From the NCBI RefSeq assembly GCF_054482525.1, contig NZ_CM137006.1: a stretch of DNA of 64,000 bases. The stretch is one strand, 5' to 3'. The translations under genes and the position numbers were made by a program. A model generated the notes under the pieces. It did no database searches, was not told where the DNA came from, and saw only the letters and a list, made by a program, of their open reading frames with translations. Positions 30,853 to 42,858 of this stretch are shown piece by piece (position 1 is the stretch's first letter; each line of letters starts with the position of its first letter).

Positions 30853-32688
30853 CTCCACGACTTCGGGCAATACTTTCAGGCTGTTTGTGGATTTTTCCGG
30901 ACAGTTTCAGCGGGACGGAACCATCAGCACGTTCATCACGCCTTTTTTGTTGCTCCCTGGCACTTTTCAGTTCATCCACAATATAGCTGCTCTTCTCGCA
31001 TTTTTGCCGATTTTAAAAATGCGAACAAAACATCCGTACATGATGTACAGATTAAACTGCCAGGGACTGGTGTCAGAAAACCTCCGGTTAGCCTGCTCTT
31101 TCCGGAATGTGCCGGTTATGAAAAACCGGAAATTCAGTCTCTGTTGTAAGATGTACCCTCTGATACTACGTTTTCGTTTTCTCTGTGTATTTAACTCACT
31201 GTATTTATTGTCTTTTTAAGCCTGACTGATATTCTCCGGTCATAGTGTGCCTGATAGACATCCCGTAACCTTCTCATTTTTATATAAAAATACCTGCACT
31301 GTCTTCAGCGCATCTGTCTCCTTTAAGTAAAAAATGTTTTCACGTATTGCTGTAAATTCATTTTAAATCAGTATGTTATCCTGATATTGCTGTCTCCTGG
31401 TTTGATGCGTAATCGTTCTGCCTTTCTGGATGATTCTGGTGCTTCCGGGTGCATTCTCCTCTGCACATGCAACAGTTCGTCATCGCCACGTGCCCAAAAG
31501 CATATAAAAACGAATCGAATCTGATCGTTTTTTCAATCGTTTTTCACAGGAATTTCGTAGGGTGTTCTCCGCTATAGCCTCCATATTTGCTGTCTTTTTC
31601 TTCATAAATCGTATGCAATATAACCAGTCTGTCAAGACATCTTCCCTGCTGTTGAGGTGACGATCTCATTTCTGGTCTTTTCCGGGAGAGAGACGGTCAG
31701 ATGAGCGAGCCGGATTTACTGCCAGAGGTACTCCCCGCGGCAGAAAATAGTGCTCCTGTTTCCGCAATCCGGGATCGGCAACGTCCCATGGTTAATGCCA
31801 CTTGCAGCGTCAGGCACTGCAGGTTTACGTCGTGATCTGATTTCTTCTGCACTTATCCCGATCACGGAAGTTCCCCCTGCGCAGACATCGGTTCCTGCCG
31901 ACATCTCACAATACCGCCAGGCAGTCATGCAGTAACACCCGCAATGCGGTCTGCGGTTTTAAGCGCACTCTCCTGTATTCAGTGCACCGATAATGCATCA
32001 TAGAAAGTCCGGGGGGAGTTACTGAATGTCTGTTAAGTGGTGCCGTGGGTGGAGACTGCTTACTTTTCCACAGTAACTGCAGTCATTCAGGATGCTCAGG
32101 AGAGAATATGTCAACGCCACGGGCCGGGCCATTTTCATGCCAGCCAGGATATTTTCAATATTGATGCTGTCTGCTTTTCACCATTTCATCCTCACTGACT
32201 GATGTTGTATTTTTGTGCAGCACTACAGATTTGCGTTTCTCTTTTAACTGGTCACGCTCTCCTTTGATATTCAGCGTGGTTGAGTGATGCAGCAGTTGAT
32301 TCAGGATTGCTGTTGCCCTGCAACCACCATATCAACTTCTTCCCGGCATGCCGGCGCTGGTATCCAGGCCGGGTTTCGAAGTGAAGCGTTCCTGACGGAC
32401 TCATTGATATCCGGGCCGGATGTAGTCATGCAGCATGGAACGTCTACCCGTATACACTGACGGCGTCCGGCCGTGTACATCTCTTCCGCGGTTCAGGGAG
32501 CAGCTGTCGCCATGTACTTATTGTCACCAGGAGAGGCATGTACCGCAGCATGCCAGCTCAGCAGTGACAGGATGCCCTTAAGACATCCGTCATGGCTCAG
32601 TATGACGACGCCCCCGCTCTGCAGGTGAGCATGCGGGGCCGGGAGCAGCATTCCCGTATTTTGCCGCACCTTCCGGAAGCAACCGGCA

Positions 32689-33297
32689 TCAGTTACGGTT
32701 ATCGTCAACCGTTGTGCGGTATGCCAGGAGCACGTACTGATCCATCAGATCCGCCAGTGCTGCGTTCTGCTTCTGACGGTCGATGATCCATTCCCCCAGC
32801 TCTTTTTCTGATTTACGTTTCAGGTTCTCCGTCCAGTCGTCAAGGCTGTTTCCGGTCATTAAATCAAGCCAGCAAAGCCAGACCAGTTTGAGGCGCAACT
32901 CAGTGCCACCAAACTGACGGAAGAGGCTGATCAGTTTATTTGCCAGAGAACGCTGCCTCAGACGTTCACATTCAGACAGCAGAATGCCTTCCAGCATCGG
33001 ATGATGAACCAGCAGATGTTCGCTGGTGCATAAGTTCACCACCAGATCATCATCCAGGGGCGGCGTGGCCCGTTTGTCAGAGCCATAAATCAGCCGGTGC
33101 AGACTCCGGGGGACGATGGCAATCTCCGGTTTTTCACCATTGAATGACACCCACCCGGGCGTCAGATTATGGAAGTAGTGGATATTCGGATGACACACGC
33201 CCCAGGATACGGCGTGCCGGGTGAAGCCGGTCAGCCATTTCTGGTAGCTTTCGTGGAGCAGCTCGTAACGGGTCTGATACTGTGGTTTCATTTTCAT
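32689..33297 (-). CDS. Hypothetical protein downstream of alpA
   Basis: About 200-aa ORF; ATG 33297 behind GTGAGGAA; no motif recognised. Confidence 0.5.
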   Translation of the reverse strand: MKMKPQYQTRYELLHESYQKWLTGFTRHAVSWGVCHPNIHYFHNLTPGWVSFNGEKPEIAIVPRSLHRLIYGSDKRATPPLDDDLVVNLCTSEHLLVHHPMLEGILLSECERLRQRSLANKLISLFRQFGGTELRLKLVWLCWLDLMTGNSLDDWTENLKRKSEKELGEWIIDRQKQNAALADLMDQYVLLAYRTTVDDNRN

Positions 33298-33384
33298 ATT
33301 CCTCACGGGGGATAACAGGCAGCAGAACGCCGCCGGCAGGCCGGAGATTGCGTCTGCTGTGGGTGAAGGGGCAGTGGTTAAAAA

Positions 33385-33570
33385 TTACGGACGGGACTGT
33401 GCAATACGCGCCTGCAGCCAGGCTTCCACTTCACTTTTCAGCCAGCGGGAGCTGCGGCCAAGTTTGATGGGAGCCGGAAAGGCCCCATCCTTGATGAGCT
33501 TGTAAAACCACTTATCGGTCAGGCCGGTCAGCTGAGTGATAAACGCCATATCGACCATCTGGTCATCCAT
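33385..33570 (-). CDS. alpA: AlpA-family transcriptional regulator
   Basis: 61 aa; ITQLTGLTDKWFYKLIKDGAFPAPIKLGRSSRWLKSEVEAWL is AlpA/Vis-like. Confidence 0.8.
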   Translation of the reverse strand: MDDQMVDMAFITQLTGLTDKWFYKLIKDGAFPAPIKLGRSSRWLKSEVEAWLQARIAQSRP

Positions 33571-33580
33571 CAGCGAAACT

Positions 33581-33588
33581 GGGGGGGG
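33581..33588 (-). repeat. C8 homopolymer (coding strand) between an SD-preceded ATG (33592) and the alpA start
   Basis: GGGGGGGG on + strand; upstream ATG with GGAGG; current length gives a 9-codon out-of-frame mini-ORF overlapping the alpA ATG. Confidence 0.5.
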
Positions 33589-33975
33589 TCATAAAAATCT
33601 CCTCCGGATGTTGTTAATCTCAACCGGCGTTGATGATGAAAACAACGCACCACCTTCACCGGCATAACAACCGGGGAGAAACGTAAAAAATCAGTAGGGG
33701 AATATTCCTGCCAGGAGAGAAACGGTTGTGTACAGGCAATACAGGTTGTCTGTTTTGTCAGTGAAGCCGGTATAAACGGAAGATGATTTTGTGTTGCCGG
33801 AATATGGGATGGTATTTTGTCGTGACGGAATCAGTATTTTCAGTGATGATTATTACTGCGCAGGGGAGTACCGGAGAGAAACCACGCCCTGTACCTGCCA
33901 GAGCGGTGGTTTGTATTGACTGAACGGAAGATAAAGCGAGGTAAACACTGTTGTGGTGAGCGGAGAAGACTGAGA

Positions 33976-34767
33976 TTATTCTCTGTAATTACAAACAACA
34001 GTGATCTTATCCGGTTTTTTTACCGTTACGGGTTTCAGGGGATCAATTTTATAGACCGGGGTAATGACCACGCCGTAATTTATGGAGAAAAGCGGGATCC
34101 AGCAATAAACGTCAGGATATTTCTGTGTCTCCGGAATACCTTTTGTGCCAGAGGCCATCAGATCTTTAACGCTCACGAAAAATGACTTCCGCAGATCAAA
34201 AAAGTACTCGTTATATATCACATCCTTTGCCAGCAGGATGACTGCATTACCAACAGCCGATTTTACAGGTGTTTCATCAGGTGGATTATCGTGATTGTAT
34301 ATTGTTCTTTCTATATAAATAAAACAGGCATATTTCGTCTTCTCCCCGGATAGTTGCATCTGGTATTCGCAAATGTCTTTGATATACCGACTTTCAACCC
34401 TTCCAATCATCTTATCCCGGCGATAGTGTCTTTTATGTTTCAGCGCGTACAGAACACCATTTGAACTGTCAAACTCCAGGACACTTCTGGTGAAAAGTTT
34501 GTTTTCCCAGATCTCCAGACAATACTTCTCTGCACTGACGACATTGCGTTTGTGGGGAAGATCCCGTTGATACACTCCATTTAATAAGCGTGACTGCAGT
34601 TCGCCTGCAAGTTGATAGTAACAGTTAATGTCATTAAGGACAGGTGCTGTGGCGTTGAGTAATGTGTTGATTACCTTAGAGCGCGAAAGTTTGTGGGTAT
34701 GACAGTACTCATCCACAATTCGCAGTGTCTCATCACTGGTCATATTGAAAGTTATACGTGTTGTCAT
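33976..34767 (-). CDS. Hypothetical protein with N-terminal ribbon-helix-helix-like domain and ~220-aa unknown C-terminal domain
   Basis: 263 aa; N-terminus MTTRITFNMTSDETLRIVDEYCHTHKLSRSKVINTLL fits a beta-strand/two-helix RHH pattern; low GC. Confidence 0.55.
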   Translation of the reverse strand: MTTRITFNMTSDETLRIVDEYCHTHKLSRSKVINTLLNATAPVLNDINCYYQLAGELQSRLLNGVYQRDLPHKRNVVSAEKYCLEIWENKLFTRSVLEFDSSNGVLYALKHKRHYRRDKMIGRVESRYIKDICEYQMQLSGEKTKYACFIYIERTIYNHDNPPDETPVKSAVGNAVILLAKDVIYNEYFFDLRKSFFVSVKDLMASGTKGIPETQKYPDVYCWIPLFSINYGVVITPVYKIDPLKPVTVKKPDKITVVCNYRE

Positions 34768-35094
34768 GATGAAGTTTTCTGTTAATCATACTGGTTGATA
34801 TGCATAACATTTCATAAAAAATACTGTTAATTCATATAATTGATTTTTTGACTGGTTTTATCCTCGTGTGGTGGAAAGCAGTATTACTGCCACTGTAGTC
34901 AGCATAAATCTATCACACAGAACCACCGAAAATGAAGCATTGCTCAGGGGGAAGCTGCCACTCGTATGAGTTCTCTGAACCATGATAACCAGTATTTTTC
35001 GTTTTGGGTGATTTGTTTATCGTTACAGCTACATACAGTTCATGTACCATTAAAAAATAATAAAGGTTAATTAGTATTATTTATAGAAGTATGT

Positions 35095-35300
35095 TTATGT
35101 AATTCTACCGTGTAAATGAACCCTGTAATTCTACCTTGTAAATACACCTTGTAACCAAGTCCTGTAGAAGTCTGTCTCATAGAAGTATCTGTGCAGTGAT
35201 ATTCTCTGTAGTAGTACTTGTAACTCTGTCCTTAACTCTCTCTTCAGTAATGTAGTCCCGCAACACCTGAATATAAATCTGTAATGTTCACACACTGACT
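35095..35300. repeat. Iteron-like direct-repeat array in AT-rich leader
   Basis: Tandem GTAATTCTACC(G/T)TGTAAAT (35100-35145) followed by many TGTA(A/G) half-sites; lies in the 1.4-kb ORF-poor region upstream of the Gp2-like gene at 36183. Confidence 0.5.
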
Positions 35301-36182
35301 GTAACGTGCTTTGTTAAGTAATGTCTGCTATTTTTTTCTGTTATTTTTCCTGTTGTTTTCTGTATTTTGTTGTATGGTGTAATAACTATTCTGAACCCGT
35401 CATCACCTTTATAGCTAAGAGTATGACTTCGCCAGTGTTGATACTGTGGATAACGGTGATTAAGGAATTACTGTTAATGATCTGTTCCTGCAGCTCACCT
35501 GATGAGTTTTGGTAGTAATACGTAAAAGAGTATGCCTCATGTCATTAAAAAGTCTTCCGGAGTGTTGTTTAACCCTGTACCTCTGTTACTCATGTAGTAC
35601 GTTGCGGAAAGCTACGTTAATTGTAATATCTGGTTATGGCGTTATGCCTTCAGTATTAAAAACATCTTTTACCGGAGAAACTGGGAAGTGGAAAGGCTTT
35701 CGGGATAACGTCAGGCCATTATGACGATATTACGTTAATCACAGTACAAGATAACGAGAGGGTAATGGAATTTTAAACCAGAGTAGTTCCACTGTTGTTC
35801 ACTGGAAAAAGTGATTTCCCACGCGCGTTATAAGCTTACTCCAGAGGAGATGGAAGCCTTCAACTCTGCGGTCGATCACCGGCTGGCAGAACTGACCATG
35901 AACAAACTTTACGATCGTGTTCCCGCTTCAGTCTGGAAATATGTTACCTGATAAATGTTTCTGATGAAGTACAGTCGTCACAATGACATCACTTCAGATA
36001 TTATCTGCGCTGTGATTGACTGTCACGTATGCCGTTCTCTGTATGGTTCTGATACCCGGGTGTGGTCCCACTTTCTCTGTGGCGCCCGGGGAGTTGTGAA
36101 CCTGCACGTCTTCGTGTGATAACGTTTTCTTCAAAAATTACGCCAGCGCTTCTTCCTGTGTTACAGAACACGAGGAAGAAAC

Positions 36183-36782
36183 ATGAAGACTTACAACACC
36201 AATCCCGGTTACGAAATGGATCCCCAGCTCCTGACACACTTTAACCAGCATCTGGATTCATTATTCGGGGTATATTCGAAACTGTTACCGTTCAGAATGG
36301 ATTTTGCTTACCGAAAAAACACCCTCAGCTACAGATGTGCCTGCAGGTACGCCATGTGCGCGGAGATACTGCGACTGATTAACGAAGTGGGAGAGAAACT
36401 GGTCGGGTATGCCTGGGTAATGGAATATACGGAACGTAAAGGGCTTCACATTCATTTTGTGGGCTATCTGAACGGTCAGAGCCACAGGAGTTCGTATCTG
36501 GTATCCAGATTGATGGGAGATATCTGGAGGCGGGTTACCGAGGGTGATGGTTACTACCACTGGTGCCGGTTTAATAAAAATTATCCGGTAAACATTAACC
36601 ACGTCATTCACTATTCAGATCACAAAGCGGTGAATGCCTTACGCTATGCCATCAGCTACCTGGCCAAACGAGAACAGAAAGAATGTGGCATCATCCTGAA
36701 ATGCAGCGGGCTTCCTGAAAAAAGTAATCGGGGTCGACCGCGACTGGGCAGCCCCCTGCCGGAGACTTATTCTCTGGTGTAA
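36183..36782 (+). CDS. Gp2-like protein (YfjJ/YagK family; inovirus replication-initiator-like)
   Basis: 199 aa; family pattern LPFRMDFAY...KGLHIHFVGYLNG...LRYAISYLAKREQKECG. Confidence 0.75.
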   Translation: MKTYNTNPGYEMDPQLLTHFNQHLDSLFGVYSKLLPFRMDFAYRKNTLSYRCACRYAMCAEILRLINEVGEKLVGYAWVMEYTERKGLHIHFVGYLNGQSHRSSYLVSRLMGDIWRRVTEGDGYYHWCRFNKNYPVNINHVIHYSDHKAVNALRYAISYLAKREQKECGIILKCSGLPEKSNRGRPRLGSPLPETYSLV

Positions 36783-37090
36783 GACCCTGAACGACAACTA
36801 CGGGCTGGCGCTAATTGTTACAGTCGGTTCCGGAGGCCACTTCAGGGACTCTGCGCATTTTTTACGACATGGCTATTCCGTATGAACCATACGGAGATTT
36901 AACCATGGCACATTCTTTACCATTCCTTCCGGCAACCGATACAGCACATCCTCCGATGTCCATCCCTGCCTGCTGACAGTTTTTTACGCCGGAGGGCCAT
37001 TGTGTGACAACCACAGTGCTGTAACAGCAACCAGCCTGCTTTACCCAAACTCCAGTCCAGATTTTAACTGAACCGCCATTCACACCCTGA

Positions 37091-39290
<2,200 letters not shown>

Positions 39291-39302
39291 GCTTTTCATA
39301 CT

Positions 39303-39803
39303 TTATGAACGTACATCAGCAAAATGCGTCAGTAATTTTTGATTAATGTCTTTAAACAGTTCACGTTCATCATAGGTCAGAGGACTCCAGATTTCTTTCA
39401 GGTACTGGTTTTGTGTAAGGGTAATGCCCTGAATAAAGGACAGGCCTTCAGATGTCAGACTGATTTTTTTAGCACGGCGGTCCTCTTTGCTATCAGTTCT
39501 TTCTGTATATCCGGCTTTTTCTAAAAAATCTGTAATGCGGGTAATGTTTGTTCTGGTAAACTGGAGTTCTCTGCTGATCTCTGAAGGCGAAAGACAATGA
39601 TTATCTGCTGTAGATAATACGGTGAGAACCATATATGTTGAGTAATTTATTCCGTATCCTCCCAGCATTCTCGATATATTATCCTGTATTTTCTTGTTTG
39701 CACGGATACAGAGTTGTATCAAAAGATGTTCCTGACAGGGATACAGGGGATCTTTGTTTTGTTGATATTTGATTATCTTCTCTAATGAGTGTATGTTTTC
39801 CAT
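39303..39803 (-). CDS. MarR-family regulator, possibly PapX/SfaX/FocX-like
   Basis: 166 aa; winged-helix LSPSEISRELQFTRTNITRITDFLEKAGYTER; low GC; stop codon lies 1-2 bp from the IS100 end. Confidence 0.65.
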   Translation of the reverse strand: MENIHSLEKIIKYQQNKDPLYPCQEHLLIQLCIRANKKIQDNISRMLGGYGINYSTYMVLTVLSTADNHCLSPSEISRELQFTRTNITRITDFLEKAGYTERTDSKEDRRAKKISLTSEGLSFIQGITLTQNQYLKEIWSPLTYDERELFKDINQKLLTHFADVRS

Positions 39804-40603
39804 TTAATCATTTTCCATATACTGAAACATTCTGCCTTTATATAAAAGTGCATCAGTCATCCGGTAAATATCTACTTTTCACAACAATCTATGACTGCCT
39901 GATATCTGTATGAGTGAGGCGGCCCGGCAGAGAGTAAGAGCAGATTCCTTCAAATAAAAGAACATAAATGTTCATCGCTGACAAGATGGTGAAAGAATTA
40001 TTTATACTGTTAAATCAGTATAGATAATCTATCTGCCCCTGTGCTTTGTTGAACGAATCCTGACGGCCCTGAATATTCATGCAATATTATTTTATTCAGT
40101 GCACGGTAATATCCTGATTTCCATAGCATGGTGGATATGTGTATCCGGGATGGATGTTTACCAGAACCTTCTCTGTTCCAGTGTGTGGAGTTTTACAGAA
40201 GAGGCGACTGTATGCAACTCTTGCCCCGTAACTGTCTTTATTCGTTTCTCCACACTCTCCGGACATTGTAAATTCCAGATGTGTGGCAGTGTGTTTTTCG
40301 TAAATCGTACACAATGCATTTTTACACGGAGTTCAGCCAGTCGTATCACTGAGAGTTTTTTTTCTGATTTGTACCACTCATGCAGCAGTGATAAGGAGAT
40401 ATTTTCTCTGTCGGGCCAGCAGGGGCGGTGCCACCTGTTTAGTTTTCTTATGTTTGGTAAAAGAGAGGCTAAAATATATACAACAGGCGTATGTAATGAT
40501 TCATATTGTTAATCATTAACCAGTAAGAATTAATGTAGTGGATCGGTAATTCAGGACACCTCGAAATCCTGTTAATGTTAAAACAGTGAAAATGGGGTGA
40601 TGC

Positions 40604-40921
40604 ATGAGCAAAACTCGTCGGACTAAACGCACCTTTTCCCCGGAGTTCAGGCTCGAAGCTATCGAGCAAGTAGTTAAATACCAGCGCGATGTCAGAGAAG
40701 TCGCGCTGGCACTTGAGCTCAATCCTGACCATTTGCGTAAATGGATACGGTTGTATAAGCTGGAACTTCAGGGTATTGAGCCCGCTGGTAATGCCATACC
40801 CCTGAACAGCGAGAAATTCAGCAGCTTAAAAGCGCAGATAAAGCGCCTTGAGATGGAAAAAGAAATACTAAAGCAGGCTGCCGTGCTGATGAGCGAAATC
40901 CCCGGCAAGCTGTCGCGCTAA
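40604..40921 (+). CDS. IS3-family transposase OrfA (element A)
   Basis: 105 aa; HTH plus leucine-zipper-like C-terminus ...KRLEMEKEILKQAAVLMSE. Confidence 0.75.
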   Translation: MSKTRRTKRTFSPEFRLEAIEQVVKYQRDVREVALALELNPDHLRKWIRLYKLELQGIEPAGNAIPLNSEKFSSLKAQIKRLEMEKEILKQAAVLMSEIPGKLSR

Positions 40922-41040
40922 TCACACTGCTGAAAGCAAAGCGGCCAGTGCGGATTATTTGTCATTTATTCGGTGTTCACCGTAGCGTTTATTACGCGCA
41001 GGTGAAGCGTCCTGTTAATGTATCAGCGCCAATGATATAA
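40918..41040 (+). pseudogene. IS3-family OrfB 5' fragment (element A), cut by insertion of element B
   Basis: In the -1 frame after orfA; about 40 codons (…RPVRIICHLFGVHRSVYYAQVKRP…) then ends at the terminus of the inserted element. Confidence 0.5.
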
Positions 41041-41325
41041 GACAGTAATTAGGATTCGGACGATTTCCTGGACTGCTTTATTATGCCAGCCCGCATTGTT
41101 GGCGGTACATTTCAGGGATGACTGCACCCAGCGAAAATTTTATACGCCGCTCGTTATACCATCTGATGTAAGCATCCACATGCCGCATGAATTTTTCAGG
41201 CGTGATACCCAATCATTTACGCCCATAATATATTTCAGTTTTCAGTCTGCCGAAAAAGCCTTCGCATGCAGCATTATCAGGCGAGCATCCTTTACGGGAC
41301 ATTGAGCGAATAAGGCCTGCTGTAT

Positions 41326-41796
41326 TCACTCTTTCCAGCCAGGCCAGCGATAATGCCCACCTCTGTCACTGTGTATCACCGGTCGTTCGCCAGCATTTAA
41401 CGTTTCGACAGCGTTATCCAGCATAGTGTTGACCAGTTCAGCATCGGGGCGTGTACTGAGAGACCAGCTCACAACTTTTCTGTCGAAGCAGTCCACCACC
41501 GGTGATAGCCAGACTTTTCCTGCAGGAAGCTGGAACTCCGTGATATCTGTCAGCCATTTCTGATTAGGTTGCTCCGCCTTAAAATCTCTGGCGATAAGGT
41601 TATCCGGAGAAGGTCCGATTTCTCCGCAATATGAGCTGTAGCGGCGATGACGGTTACGGCTGACGACAAGCTGTTCCTCCACCATAAGTCTGCGTACAAC
41701 CTTTTCTGATAGCCGATCCCCCTCATGCCTGAGCATCGCATGCAGGCGACGATAGCCATAACACTGGTAATTACTGTTAAATATATCTGTCAGCAT
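41326..41796 (-). pseudogene. IS3-family OrfB fragment (element B)
   Basis: 156 aa covering the N-terminal and part of the catalytic region; the C-terminal region continues in another frame. Confidence 0.6.
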
Positions 41797-41904
41797 CGTA
41801 CGTATCGTGGCGTATTTATCACTGGCTTTCAGTGCAGCCCGGTGATAAAAATAACTGCTACGGGCAAGGCCCAGAACATGCAGTAATTCTGTCAGGGGAT
41901 ATGT

Positions 41905-42608
41905 TTATCTCAGGGCATCAGTAATCTTTGTTTTTTCTCTGTTGTTCAGGTGACTGATGCTGATGCCCGGGTCTTTTTTTATTATTTCCTCCGCTTTTTT
42001 CAGAATATCCAGTTCCATCTGCCGGCGGCGTATTTCCTGATTCAGTCGGGCGACTTCCTCCCGCAACGCATCGCGTTCTGCCTCCAGGGAAGGGGCGTTA
42101 TGTTTACGCATAGTCTGGTAAGCACTGTTGCCGATAATTTCATCTTTCCATTTATACAATACCGCGCGACTGACACCAATACGCCTGGCGATTTCACTGG
42201 CTGATCCTTGTCGTGTACAGAGTACCATGACAGCCTGACGTTTGACTTCTGGTTCAAAGGACGCAACCGGATTGGTCTTACTGGTAAATACACGTCGTCT
42301 GTCGGGGGAACGTTCATTAACCCAGCGAGCGAGCATATCGGTACAGGGATAACCCAGAGTCCTGCTGGTAAACGCCAGGCAGCAGCCGTGGTTAAGATAA
42401 TGTTCAACGGCAACCTGTTTTTGCTCATCGGAGTAACGGTGCTTATGACGAATGGATTCTTTTGATCCGCCACCTGCTTCCCATGAACGGATCCAACGCC
42501 GCAGATTTCTTTTCGAAGGGTAGCCCAGTTCGCGTACGACGGGGCCAGCTTCTTACCATATTTGAAATAAAGCTCAATGGTGCGAATTTTTTGTTCTTCA
42601 GTAAACAT
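41905..42608 (-). pseudogene. IS3-family OrfA, frameshifted (element B)
   Basis: Two overlapping ORFs in different frames together cover one orfA (MFTEEQKIRTIELYFKYGKK... and ...LYKWKDEIIGNSAYQ...EVARLNQEIRRRQMELDILKKAEEI). Confidence 0.6.
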
Positions 42609-42858
42609 GTTTCATCTCCTGAGAGTCCAGGAAATCGTCCGCATCCCCTAACGGTCAAAAATCGTGGCGTTGATACAGGGGAAATCCGTAGTTTTTGATG
42701 CCAGCCATAACGTGTTTGACTATAAAGTATTACGAAAGGACTTTAATGAGCCCCTGGAATAATTCATTAAAGTAATTTACTTCGCTATCCTTTTCCCAGT
42801 TACTCACAAAGAAAAATATTCATAAAATAATTCCCGGGCTGGCAGCCCGGGATGATTA

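Larger units (their letters stand above)
41041..42657 (-). mobile_element. IS3-family element B, degenerate (frameshifted orfA, disrupted orfB)
   Basis: Inverted repeats at 41041-41074 and 42624-42657 (core TCCAGGAAATCGTCCG); orfA split across two frames (41905-42336 and 42042-42608); orfB N-terminal part 41326-41796 with the C-terminal part out of frame. Confidence 0.6.

Noticed and set aside
40099-40512. 137-aa + strand ORF in the AT-rich region upstream of the MarR-like gene
   Set aside because: Cys/Ser/Phe-rich low-complexity translation, no start context; probably non-coding or decayed fimbrial DNA.
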